Source: Lama glama (lineage: Eukaryota). Taken from it: 64,000 nt of DNA. Position numbers and translations under genes: made by a program. The notes under the pieces are model-generated. The model was not told where the DNA came from and did not search any database. It saw nothing but the letters and a program-made list of their open reading frames with translations. Each line of letters begins with the position of its first letter. The first letter of the stretch is position 1. Shown here one piece after another: positions 50,383-62,253 of the stretch. Location: assembly GCA_028534125.1 (NCBI GenBank), contig CM052817.1, positions 88,538,001 through 88,602,000 on the forward strand, given 5' to 3'.

Positions 50383-53109
50383 CTGTGGGAGGGCACATGT
50401 CACTAGGTTGGAGAAAATTATCTGTGAGGTGCAGTTATAACTACATTTGTCCCCTACTCTTCCCTCAAAATGTTTTGAATAGGGGAATTTTTTACCTGAT
50501 ACATGATAATAAATTGGGCAGTTCAGTGATGAAGCAGTTTCACTATTATTGTTATTATTAATCATTCTGATGTAATAAATATACTCTGTTCTCTTTAAGT
50601 CACTAAAACAAAACTACTTTGTGCCATTGTTTTTGAGCCCGACATGAGGAGGCCAGGATGGGCAGTTGGTGGTATGGTGGATAAAGATGTAGGGAGAGGG
50701 CAGGGCATGGAATCTGGCTCTAGTTTTTCTGGAAGCTCTCTGACTCCTCTTTTTAAGGTGTGAGAATTAAGAGCCCTTGTCCTCTGACTTGTGCCTTAGC
50801 TGCAATTTCAGCGCAAGTGGGTAAATCTTACTATCCCTCACATGTAAATGAGTTACATTTTCTGAGCTAAGGTGGCAAAAGGAACTAAAATCTATTTTCT
50901 TTTCTTCTGGTTTCTCTGACTCACTGTTCTTTTTCATCAGTATCTTATTCCAAAAAACTGTTAATGGAACTTCTCTCACAGACTCAAAAGTCAAGTAAAC
51001 TTAAAATTCTTGTCTGCCATTCCACAGTCTCACCCCAAATTTTGGAAAAGGGATTTGCCTACATTCTCTTTTTTTAAGAATTTGCCTTGAAATTCTCCAT
51101 GATAAATTTTTATATATAGAATTATATGACTATCAGGAAGCACTAACCATCTTTATTCCGTATCTCTTCATAACTACTTAAAATATGAAAACTTAAAATA
51201 AAGTTATAAAATAATTGTACAAGAATCTAAGTCAAAATTCAAACACAAAAATAAGGTCTGTCAGAGGTTATAAGAACACCATTATTTGTTTTAATTACTG
51301 TTTTCAAATGTTATATTCCAATAAGCAAAAAATATTTATTAATTTCTGAACATTATTTTAAATCTCTGCTGTGTATTTATAGTGCTGCTGGGAAAATTTG
51401 AGCTTAGTGCCCATAAAATAATGCAACTTTAAAATTCTAAATGTTATATAAACCAGCAAAACTGTTAAAAATATCTTCACATTCTATTCACCCATTTCAT
51501 TTTTGTTACTATCAGTAAATATAAATGTATTGTCTTGCAACAAATCTGATAAAAACAGATGATGTAATAAAATATATTTATATTGACTATCTGCCCATCA
51601 GATTTCACTGCTCTATAAATCTGTAAATAAAAATCTGTTGAGTATTAGAGCATCTTCCTTTGTGGCAGTTACTTTTATCACAACTTCTATTAAATTTTAC
51701 CAAGTACTTGATGCACATAAATATTAATATGAATTTTACTTCCACTTTTTAAAGATTCTTGCATTAAATTAGATTGATTTATACAGACTCCTCAAGTCAT
51801 TTATTTTTACAGCATTTAATATGGATAGATAGTGAGGTTAAGATACACTCTTTGTAGAACAATTGTGGTTGAGAAGCATTATTAAAATAAAATAAAATAA
51901 AATAAAATGGATTTTTAAAATATAACACACATGATATTGCACATAATACAGCCCTGAGCTAAAAAGAGATGGAGAGGGCATCCTAAGAAGACAGAACTCA
52001 GAAAATATCATGGTAGCCATAATTCTGTACATTCTTACATATATAGGAAGAAGAAGAAGGACTTCTGATCCTAACTGTGTTTTCAGTTTGGAAGTTGCAC
52101 TTACTGTCTTGGAGGAAATATAAAACAAGTTCAGAGAGAATGAATAACCCTATTAGAGATCAGGGCCAGGGACACTCAGCATGAAAAAAAAAAAAAAACA
52201 CTTTACTGCTGCAATATAGCAATAAAACTGGTGGTGAGGGAGAAATGTATTTTGAAGAGCATGTGAGAGGACAGTCAAATCAGTTTTAAAATGATATTGA
52301 TGAAGATGTCCTGGTTGAAGTGTTCTTTGAGGAATTATAAGTGCATAGACAGAATTTTTCACTCATAACTCTAAATATCCTGTTTCAAACTAATAACAAT
52401 TTTGTTTGAATCATTTGAAGTGAGGAAGAAAGGTGGAAAACGTGGAAGAGGATCAAAAAACACTTGCTTAGGTTGTGGTGAGGAGGGGGACTCAAAGTCT
52501 GAGCAAGAAGAAATGGAGTCAGAGTGAAGATGGGGTTCAGCATGGAGTCCTGGTGCTATGCAGGGACCTTGGGAATTCCAGGAATATGGCTGCCAGTGGC
52601 AAGCAGCCAATCAGTCTTTGAATATCCACTCAAGATTCTGCTTAGCAGCCATGTTCAGTAACCATTCCCACAGCCTCCGATTAATGATGAAGAACTTGGA
52701 CACATTGTGTGCAAAGATGGGCATGGAAGCAAGAGTTCGCCTCTAATCCAGGTGCTTCAGGATTGTGTGGAAACAAAACTGGCAATTGGCCCCAAATCAA
52801 CTTACTCATCACACTTAGAAGTCAGAACACAAAACAAAGTTACACCCTGAGACAAACTAAAAAAATTAGATCACTCCATGTAGGTCTAGTCTTGCTAAAA
52901 ATATAAAACTCTGAAGATTTCCCAGAAGTTTTTGATTCTTAAACAGTCACTTTATTTCTGATTTTCATAATGTTAAATTTTGTTTTTTCATCATAAGCAG
53001 AATAATTATAATCTCAGTAAACTTGGAAGTCTGTGGTTTCTTTACTTAAATAAGTTGAATGTCTGTATGAGGGTCTGTGTGTGTGTGAGTGTGTGTGTGT
53101 GTTTGCATG

Positions 53110-53628
53110 TTTTTTTTTTCAGTTTTACAGTGGTATAACTGACAAATAAAATAGCAATGTATTTAAAGCACAATGTGATGATTTGATCTACATATACAAT
53201 GTGAAAGGATTCCCCTCATCAAGTTAACATATCCATCACCTCACATATTTACATTTTTTGTTTGTCTGTGTTGGTGAGAACACTTAAGTTCTACTCTTAG
53301 CAAATTTCAATCATACAATACAGAGTTATCAACCATAATCACTATATTATCCATTAGATCTTCAGACCTTATTCATTTTACAGCTGGAAGTTTGTATCCT
53401 ATTGTCAACTGCTCCCTATTTCTCCCTCTCCCCAACCCTTGGTTTATTTCACTTAGCATAGTATTCTCTAGTTTTATCCATGTTCTTGCAAATATCAAGA
53501 CTTCCTTCTGTTTTAAAGCTGAATAATATTCAACTGTATGCATATACCACAATTTCTTTTTCCATTCATCTGTCCACAGACACTTAGGTTGTTCCCACAT
53601 CTTGGCCATAGCAAATAATGCCGCACAA
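53110..53628 (-). mobile_element. L1MA9-like 3' fragment
   Basis: ggtataactgacaaataaaa...ggtgagaacacttaagttctactcttagcaaatttcaa; ORF 53373..53609 (AKMWEQPKC...WIKLENTMLSEINQ) is the ORF2 C-terminus. Confidence 0.9.
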
Positions 53629-55049
53629 TATACCTATTTCTTGATGTACTGTTCTTTCTGATGTCTAACTTCACTGCAACTCTTTTACAAGTCAGTGTCT
53701 TATTTTATTATTAAAATGGTTTTCTAAATTAGTTGTCAATCTCCTAATAGTCTAGACAGCAATGAATTAAGAACCACTTTCCTGCTGTCATTTAACCATA
53801 GTATAATGTCCAGAGTGGCTTGAATTGTGTTGAGGAAGGAATTTGGGTCACAGAAAAAGAATCTTAGCTCTTAGCCTGAAATGGGATTCTAGTTTTTTAC
53901 AAACCCTAATCTGGTGGCCAACACAGCTGCTTAAGGACCCCTAAAAGTGAGAGAAATATGCTATTAAAAATCCAGTTTTTCTTCACCTCTTAATAGTAAA
54001 TCTCATGACTAAATTTTCATAAAATGGTATATCCCAAATAATTTTTGTTTTGTGTGATGAAAACTTTGCATAGTTCTACTTTCACTATATTGGTGTGACA
54101 AGGATTAAAAAATTTATATATCCATTCTTCATGGTATTTAGTACCTAATAATAGTCACTCCCTTACATACTATCCTCCTAAAAGAATTTAAAGTTACTGA
54201 TTCCAAGTTTTTGTTGAACATTTAATATTTAGACAGAAATTAACATTTTCTTTCTTTCACATTACCAGATTTGACCAGGAAGAGTATTTTTCAAAATAGG
54301 TTGTAACAAATAGCGAGTTATAGAATTGGAGAATTGAATTTTGACCAACATTTAAAAAAATAAGATAGAATGTAAAAGAATAAATGAGCTTGAAAATGAT
54401 TAATTTAGACTAAAGTGGATTTGATTAAAAAACAAAGAAGATAGTCTTTAAATATAAGAGTAAATATAGGTTCATTACTTTTCATTTCAGTTTATATATG
54501 TATGTATGCATACACGCATACACGCATACATACATACAAACATAGTGTGTGCAGGTGGGTGTGCTTATGTTAAGTATAGAGGCAACATAAAATGCTTTCT
54601 TTACCAGGGGTGGCATTATATTTAAAAAAACGTTTGAAAATCATTTATCAAGACCAACAGATTTATCTTCAACTCAAGACAGAAAAAAATCTATGACATG
54701 TTGACAGCTATCTGGTAATCGACCTCAAAGCTAATTTACAAGAGATCAATATGAACCAATAATAACTATAGTAAGTTTTTTGTTTTGGGGTTTTTTTTAA
54801 GGAAGAAATGGGCAGAAAGACAGAAATTAAAAAACCAGGAAAATGAGAAGAAAACAATTTGTGATCTTGATTCTTTTTGTGTGGGAAAGGGGCATGGATT
54901 CTTCAAATATAAAAGTAAATCATCTACAAGTTTATCTAAGTTTATCTATGTTCCCTTTAAATTCCTCACACTTTGTACAGTGAAGGTAGGCTCTATCCTG
55001 AAAACATCTCTGCATGTCTCTGAAGCATATATAAGGAAGGTAGTTTATT

Positions 55050-55746
55050 CCTAGGTTCATGGCCTGTCTAACCTCTTGCACTACATAGGATCAGTTATAT
55101 GTCACTCCGGGGAGCAACTCAAGGGTCCCTAACCCATACCTAAACTATCTATATAAAACAAGTACACCTGTTTAAGGCAAGGATGCAAGGAAGCCCTCTC
55201 CCATTTCTAATTTAAAAAAATCCCTCTCCAGGAAAACTTGCAGAGAATTGAGACTATACCTTCTAGCTGTGTTTACAAGACAGGAACCAGAGAATTTAGA
55301 CAGAAGAAATCAGTAGAAGCTGACTGAAATTCAAAATTGGGACAAAATTCTCTCTAAAGCTCGTATCATCTCATTGTAATAATAATCTCTTCCCCTGCTC
55401 ACACCATATTTGTTCAACCTTCTTCCAACCCAGACACCAAAGGGCCACACAAGGGCAGAAGGGATGCCTGAACTGCATTCTGGGAAATTGCCACCCATTT
55501 CCATGAACCAGGATGATAAAAGACCCTGCCCACTATAACCTCCATCACCCTTTTCTATAAAAAGCTTGTCTCTCTGGCCACTGGGGGAAAAATAATAAAA
55601 ATAAATAAAAGCCTGTATTGCTTGCGTCAAATTCAGTTTTGTTATTGGTGGGAACTTGAGCAGGAAACCTGACTGGGAAAGAACTCTCTGCAAAGCCAGG
55701 AGGGCTTGGGTTCAGCTAGGGGGATCTCTCATCTGATTCAGTAGCA
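55050..55746 (+). mobile_element. Old ERV solo-LTR-like element; 5' boundary uncertain
   Basis: TATA (ctataaaaag) near 55555, AATAAA cluster near 55590-55610, U5-like tail ending tctgattcagtagca. Confidence 0.5.
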
Positions 55747-56765
55747 TATACTCTATTCTTATTCAAAAGTAAATAAATACTGCCCATTTTGCTTATAAAA
55801 ATAAAGCATTGGATGTTTATGTTTTACTTCATATGAGTTGACATGGAGTTCTCTGCATTTGATTTTAAAAAATAGATTTTTGCAAGAAATCTTTAACCAT
55901 GTCAAATCTCAGGGTTTTTTTTTTTAAATCTGTGTAATGGGGGTAATGATTTATAACCAGTCCACTATGCAGAATTTTTGAGAATCTCTTGTGGTTTTGT
56001 AGACAAAAAGTAGAATGTTATATAAAAGTATAAAGTATATACTTTCCACTGTTATATAAGCAGTATAAAATGAATGTGTTCTTGGTCATATTTTTAATTT
56101 TGTAGTTTGTATAGTATCCCTCCTTCACCTGTTTCCCCTTATCAATAAGTCAAAAGACTAAATGAAAAAAACTGAATTAAATTGTACCATGCTTCTGGGA
56201 TTTAAAAAAAATAGAACCATTTACAGCTAATAGAGGCTCTTGAAATGGAGCTGAGTTGAGGAAGAGTCCCATAACTGTTCCTTTATATGACTATGTGAGG
56301 TTTGTTACTTCAGAAACAATGCTGTCAAAGCCAAGGTGATGGGAAAATGAGCATGTATTCCCCATGTACAATTAATTTTGGGGGGAGTGGTGCAGTTGTT
56401 TGTTTTTCTCAAGAAAAGTTAATTTGCATACCTTAGGGAGATGTGCTTGAATGAGCTGAAAGAAAAAAAAGTGGGGGGGGATAAGAAAAATCCATTAACA
56501 GTGAAGGAGACGGAAGTGATCTTTGAGCATCCACTTTTGCCTTAACTGTGGAACAATAATTACCGTCTCCATCATGCCCAAGTGACTGAGCAGATAATTA
56601 GAAGAGGTTTTCTGCAGCTTCTGCCCAACACGTGGGAAGCTTAGTTTTTAAGAGACAGAGTGACAGAGGGACTAATGGGATTCCTGAGGAGGAAAGGAGG
56701 TGGTTGAGGAAAAGGGGAGAGAAAATAAAGATAGACATTGTGTCCATAATGAGAAAGTGTCTCAC

Positions 56766-56949
56766 CCTGTGTGACACCCCGTTCAATAACTGTTGTCCCA
56801 TTACTGCGCAGCTATTCTGAAAGCTACCTGGCCCTTCAAAAAAGAACTCCAAATAATTCCCATTGCAGTTATGGAATTTTCTCAGGGGGACATAGCAAGA
56901 TAGAGAGACCAACAACGAAAGTTGATTGGAGATTAAGGGTAAGGAGCTT
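56766..56949 (-). other. Candidate 184-nt exon
   Basis: Acceptor ctctggctctctgcttcctag, donor AGG|gtgaga. Confidence 0.25.
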
Positions 56950-57764
56950 CTAGGAAGCAGAGAGCCAGAGTCATCTTACACCTGTGCGGTTGGTTTGTGA
57001 AAAGAAGGAACTCAAAACAAGAACAGCGTAAAAACATATTCCTAAATGCTCCTTATGGATTGGTGAGAAAATGAAACTATCTACCCCTGATAAAATACTC
57101 ATGGGTATGTTATTATCTTTACATTGTAAAGAATAGTAAAAATGATGTTTCTCAAAGACTAAGAAAATGAGGAGACTATATTCATGTTATTGCACTTAAA
57201 TTGAAAGAGATTGCCTCAATTGAAAAAGCATCTGCATAGAACATTTAATATACTTACTGTAAATAACTATACTAATGTATACAAACAATACATTAATAAG
57301 AATTCACTCACAACACCTCTTCAGTGCTGCTTTTGTAACTATGAACTATCTTCTTAAGAAGTATCAGCTGTATTAAATCTTGGAAAATTGTATATGTAAT
57401 GCATTCTCATATACAATTTAAATAGCTTTCTTAATAATTTAAAATTCTTAGTGAGAGTATTATCTTAATAAAAATAATATTACAAACATTATATAACAGA
57501 GCAAATAACTGAGAAACTATAGAAAGGTTAGAAAAATGCAAAGCCTTGAGAACAGGGGGAAGGTTTTGAGACGTGGAAAACTAGACTCAACTAATATTCT
57601 CCACCCAAACTGTAGAGGAAACCATGAAGGGAAACTGTGGAAACTTGACAAATGATGTCTAAGCATTACAAACTGGTGAGCTGGTGTCCAGAGCTGGTTG
57701 GAAGGGCGTGGATGCTTCCAGTAAATTGGCCTAGCTTTGATGAGTAACAGTAAATGTTCCTTCA

Positions 57765-57945
57765 GTGTATATTTTGTGCAAAAGGTTTCTGTAAATGCTC
57801 TACATGTATTAACTCATTAATCTTTATGGTATTCCTATAAAGTAATGACTATTATTGTTTTCATTATAAAAATTATGGAATTGAGACACAGAGAGGTAAA
57901 ACAACTTGCCCAAGATCACACAGCAAGTAAGTGATGGAGTTACTG
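57765..57945 (-). mobile_element. MIR SINE
   Basis: tacatgtattaactcattaatct...ttgagacacagagaggtaaaacaacttgcccaagatcacacagc. Confidence 0.85.
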
Positions 57946-59379
57946 AGGCATTAAATATATTAAAAGAATCACATTAAATTAAAAACATGTTCTCTGAATT
58001 ACCTTGACTATGTAAAAAACAGTATTTCTGCTTAATTGCAATGGAAAATAGAAGCAAACTTACACATATGTGATTAAAGTTTCTAACAATTCAGCTTAAG
58101 AATTTAATTTAATTTAGCAAGATAACTGCAATTGTTCTTATCATGGAGGAATTCATACACAAGTGATATAAACCAATGTCAGATTTGGGGAGTTAAGTGT
58201 TAAATTTGTACATCTATACAATTGGCTTATAATGAGGTATCTTTTTAAGAACAGAGAGTATTGTTCCTCACAGTACAGTGAATGCTCATTCAATCTAATT
58301 AAAACTCTAGGGGGTATTGAGACCCCTCACCCCCCACCCCCCAGGCTTGAGTATATGATCACTCCCAGGAGGTTTTCTCCAAACCAAATATCCCATGATT
58401 TATTTACCACTACAGGACTTCTCTACTGAGTCTGATTGCAAGTTAATACATCATGTGATAAAAACTTGCCATAACGTAGTGATTATAAATCTTTTAGATT
58501 TCTATTCATAAATAAAGATTTATGAGCAAGAGTTACATTTTTCTTTTCTTTCATGTATAAATTAGCCTTAGGATTTTATGAATAATTCAATATAAAAAAT
58601 ATCATCTTTCAAAGCTATGGTAAATAGTACAGTTGTGTGTGACTTTGTGCAAGTGTGTCTATGTGAATACACCTAAATAAAACAAGGTATCACATGTGTA
58701 AAAATTAGTAAATCTTACTTTAATGTTTTCTGCATTTTTGAGTATTTTCTTAAAATGTTACATGTCAAAATATATCTTCTGGTCTTAAAAGACCATCTAT
58801 AGAGCAGAGTGATTTGTGAAGTTGACATTTGAATTTAAGCTATTTAAATAATGATTTCTGTGGTATGTTTCTGTTTGCATGTATTTTACAATCTAAAAAC
58901 ATTAAACACAAACATTTTTAAAATAATATTTTCAGTGTAAGTTAAGGATACATTCTTTTAAGTACTGATTCACAATACTGCCAATCCTCTTAAAATAGAA
59001 AAAAATTAAGGACAGAAAAGCTTTGGGAATCAGCACCATCAATCTAATATTGTCCTTAAAATTCCTTGTGACTTGCAAGAAAACATTTCTGAATTTAGGT
59101 CAGATCTGGAATACATTTAAAACACTTATATAATTTAATAAATCCCTGATCCTTTGGAAAATGCTCATTAATACACAACACAACATTCTCACTAATTATA
59201 CTAAATATTTGACACCCACAGATTTAGAACATTTTAATAGGAGAAGAAAAATATTAAAGAATGTTCTTAATTTTGGTTTATTCTCTGCATTAGTTAACTC
59301 CAGTGATAAATATGTCTAATTTTTTAGGAAATATTACTAAGCACTGTTGCAACTAAATTTTTGAACCAGCATTCCATGC

Positions 59380-59575
59380 AGACTGTGAGAGTACAGCATT
59401 TGAAAGTCCTCAGGACTGCTTTGGGATTCTCACTCTGGATACTTACTTAACATTTCTAAGCTTAGTTTCCTCATCTACAAAATGAAGATATCAATAATGT
59501 CTATCGTGTTGATAAAAATCGTGGTTGTAAGAATTAAGTGAGTTAAAGGAAGTAAATAGCTTTGCATGGTGGAAT
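59380..59575 (+). mobile_element. MIR SINE
   Basis: ttacttaacatttctaagcttagtttcctcatctacaaaatgaagata...gttgtaagaattaagtgag. Confidence 0.8.
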
Positions 59576-59721
59576 AAAATAATTACCAAATTATTAATTA
59601 TTAAAATTAAAATTAAAATTATTATTATATTTATTCTGGAAAAAATGGCCAAGTAAATTTTGTAGCTAATGGCAACAATGGAAAAATCAATCTATATCCC
59701 TGAACATTTTTTTTTGCTATT

Positions 59722-59915
59722 TTTTCCAGTTTTATTGAGTGATAATTGGCATATAACATTGTATTAATTTAAGGTGAACAACATAATGATTTGCTGTATA
59801 TATATTGTGAAATGGTTACCCCACTAAGTTCAGTTACTTTACATACCTATAATTTTTTTCTTCTGATGAGAACTTTAAAGATACACTTTCTTAGCAATTT
59901 TCAAATATATAATTG
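59722..59915 (-). mobile_element. Short 5'-truncated L1 (L1MA9-like 3' end) with TSD
   Basis: ccagttttattgagtgataattggcatataacattgta...tgatgagaactttaaagat; TSD tttt(t/c)ttgctatt at 59709-59721 and 59916-59928. Confidence 0.85.
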
Positions 59916-60359
59916 TTTTCTTGCTATTAAAAGTAATAACTAGAGCAGTAATAGCATTAATACTGATGATAATATTTAACCTTTATTAAACTATCACTAT
60001 GATAAAGGCATATTACCTATGTCATTACAAGCCAACTTTTATAGTAAGTTACATTATCCCCATTTCACAGATAAGACTACAGAAATTTAGAGATAAAATA
60101 GAAAAAGAGAAAGAAATTTGAATTAAAAATCTTAGAAAAACTTTATTCGATATTTGGTTTTAACTACTGTACTTTTCTTCCTCATTCCACTAGCTGTTTA
60201 TGTGTAAACACCCACACACACAGAGCAGTACTGAAATTGAAGTGATTATGTGACAGATTGAGAAAGAGGAGAATTTTTAAAATTAGGATCTTTATTTAAG
60301 AATATCTGCATGGCTCCTTCTTTTCACTTAATGTCCACCCCCACCCAGCACATCTGATT

Positions 60360-60590
60360 CCAGTGATCAATGTTTAATAGCTTCTGTGGGACAGTGGAGA
60401 AAAAGGAGCTCCCTGATTTGTAGATCTGCTAATTTCCAATTTCTATGGTGTGAAATATTCTCATACAACTTACTTTAAGCTACTGGTGGTTGAAACTTAA
60501 AACAGCTTGCAAAAATTCCTGAAAACATAATAATCAATTAAAAATCAATTCTAGACAGCTGGCATGAGCCTGCTCCGGATTGCCACCACA
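60360..60590 (-). mobile_element. MER63A-like hAT-Blackjack element
   Basis: ccctgatttgtag...aatttc...tggtgtgaaat...aagctac...gcttgcaaaaattcctgaaaa...atgagcctgctccgg matches the reverse complement of MER63. Confidence 0.75.
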
Positions 60591-60591
60591 T

Positions 60592-60820
60592 TACTCTGCT
60601 TTATTTTTCATTATATTACTTCCCATCACCTAACATATTCCATATCTCTGGTTAATTTTGAAATGTTTTATCTCCACACCTGCCCCTAACTACCATGTAT
60701 GTTCCAGTAAATAGTGAGACTAGAGATTTGATCTGTTTTGTTGGCTGCTCTATCTTCAGCATCTAGAAAAATGTATAGCATATAGTAGGCACTCAATAAA
60801 TATTTTTGAATGAATGAATG
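60592..60820 (+). mobile_element. L2 3' terminus
   Basis: ctgttttgttggctgctctatcttcagcatctaga...tagtaggcactcaataaatatttttgaatgaatgaatg. Confidence 0.85.
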
Positions 60821-61883
60821 AGTATTCAGTTATTTTAAAATTTTATTATATGAAAGTCATCATTTATCCTGATTTTCCTGCCCAAACATCCAGCTGTATT
60901 TAGATTGGCACCATAATTTTATTCAAGATCTTGTGTGTCACTAATGTGGTTTATTACAATTATTGAAACAACTCATTGCACAAATATTAAGGCTAATTTA
61001 TTTTCTGTGTTTATCAGTAGAATCCTAGACATTAACAATTTACTATAGGCAATCAATGCCAGATGACTATAGCTGCCTTTGGATATTTGTATATCTACAT
61101 GCTTTCTTCATTGAAACTGGTTACAAATGGACTATTATTCAAAGCAGAAAAATGGATTAGACTATCATAAAGCTTGGTCATTTTTGTGCTACTGGTATCA
61201 ATTCATGATTTGAGTTAAGGAGACAGGATTTATTACTGGAGACATTTACTTACAGTTTAAAAAGTCCAAATTTGCTTATTTAGGGGACATATTTGAATTA
61301 TTTATATCTTGATTCTATAGCATGTTTCACCTAAGAATTATTTCACTTTCTTGTATCCAATGGAGCTTTAATAAAGCCATTAACTAAATTTTATATGTAT
61401 TTGCATCTATGGTAATATGTTTATAGGTACTATATATCTAAATAATTTTACCTTCTTCCTTGCTATATTATTACATAAATATTTTAGATGAGTTTAATTA
61501 AGGCCAATAATGCATGGATCAGTGCATTAATGAACAAAGGATCTTTGAGAAGTTATTTTTCTTGGTCAAGTGCTATAATACAACATGCATGTTTGTGTTT
61601 CTTTAGTGAAGTTTAATGGGGTGACATATACATGCATGGATACTCAGTGCCTGGCATGTCGTAAATTCTCAATGAATGTTAGTTCATCCACATAATACAG
61701 TTTCCATAAACTGTATCAGTCAGAGATTTTGCTGTTCATGATAATGATATAAAGTATTTCATTCAACTCCTCAGTCTTTACAAAGTACTTTTGACACCCC
61801 AAATCATGAAAGAATTGAAAATTTTATACTCTTTTGGTTCTCAGCAATAAAATAAATTAAGAGAAATTCAAATTTGTACTTAC

Positions 61884-61919
61884 ACATGGCTTCCTGCTCA
61901 GCATCTGCTAGGTGTTCCT
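61884..61919 (-). other. Candidate 36-nt exon
   Basis: Acceptor tattttccgttatattcttag, donor TGT|gtaagt; single open frame EEHLADAEQEAM. Confidence 0.4.
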
Positions 61920-62133
61920 CTAAGAATATAACGGAAAATAGGCTAAGTGTGCTTGGAAATACCAGTTGGTTATTCACATGTCTGCACATAACTGTTAGGT
62001 TATTTTTATGTGCATATTAAATGGAGGTGAAAGTGAAGGTGGGACCCATGGAAGCAGTAGAAATCTTGAAAACATGCACGTGGAGAGTGCTGTCCCCTGC
62101 ACAAAGCACCACCCCAAAATGCAAGCAACTCAC

Positions 62134-62253
62134 CCAAATACTCCATTTGATGTCTCTTTGTGGTGAGTTTTGATTTGAGGAAATCCCTAAGCACTCATTT
62201 ACACAAATAGCAGTTATACGGGTATTTAAACCAAGCAGAAAAAATAAACATGA
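62134..62253 (-). other. Candidate 120-nt exon
   Basis: Strong acceptor cttctttttcattttctttttag, donor TGG|gtgagt. Confidence 0.4.
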
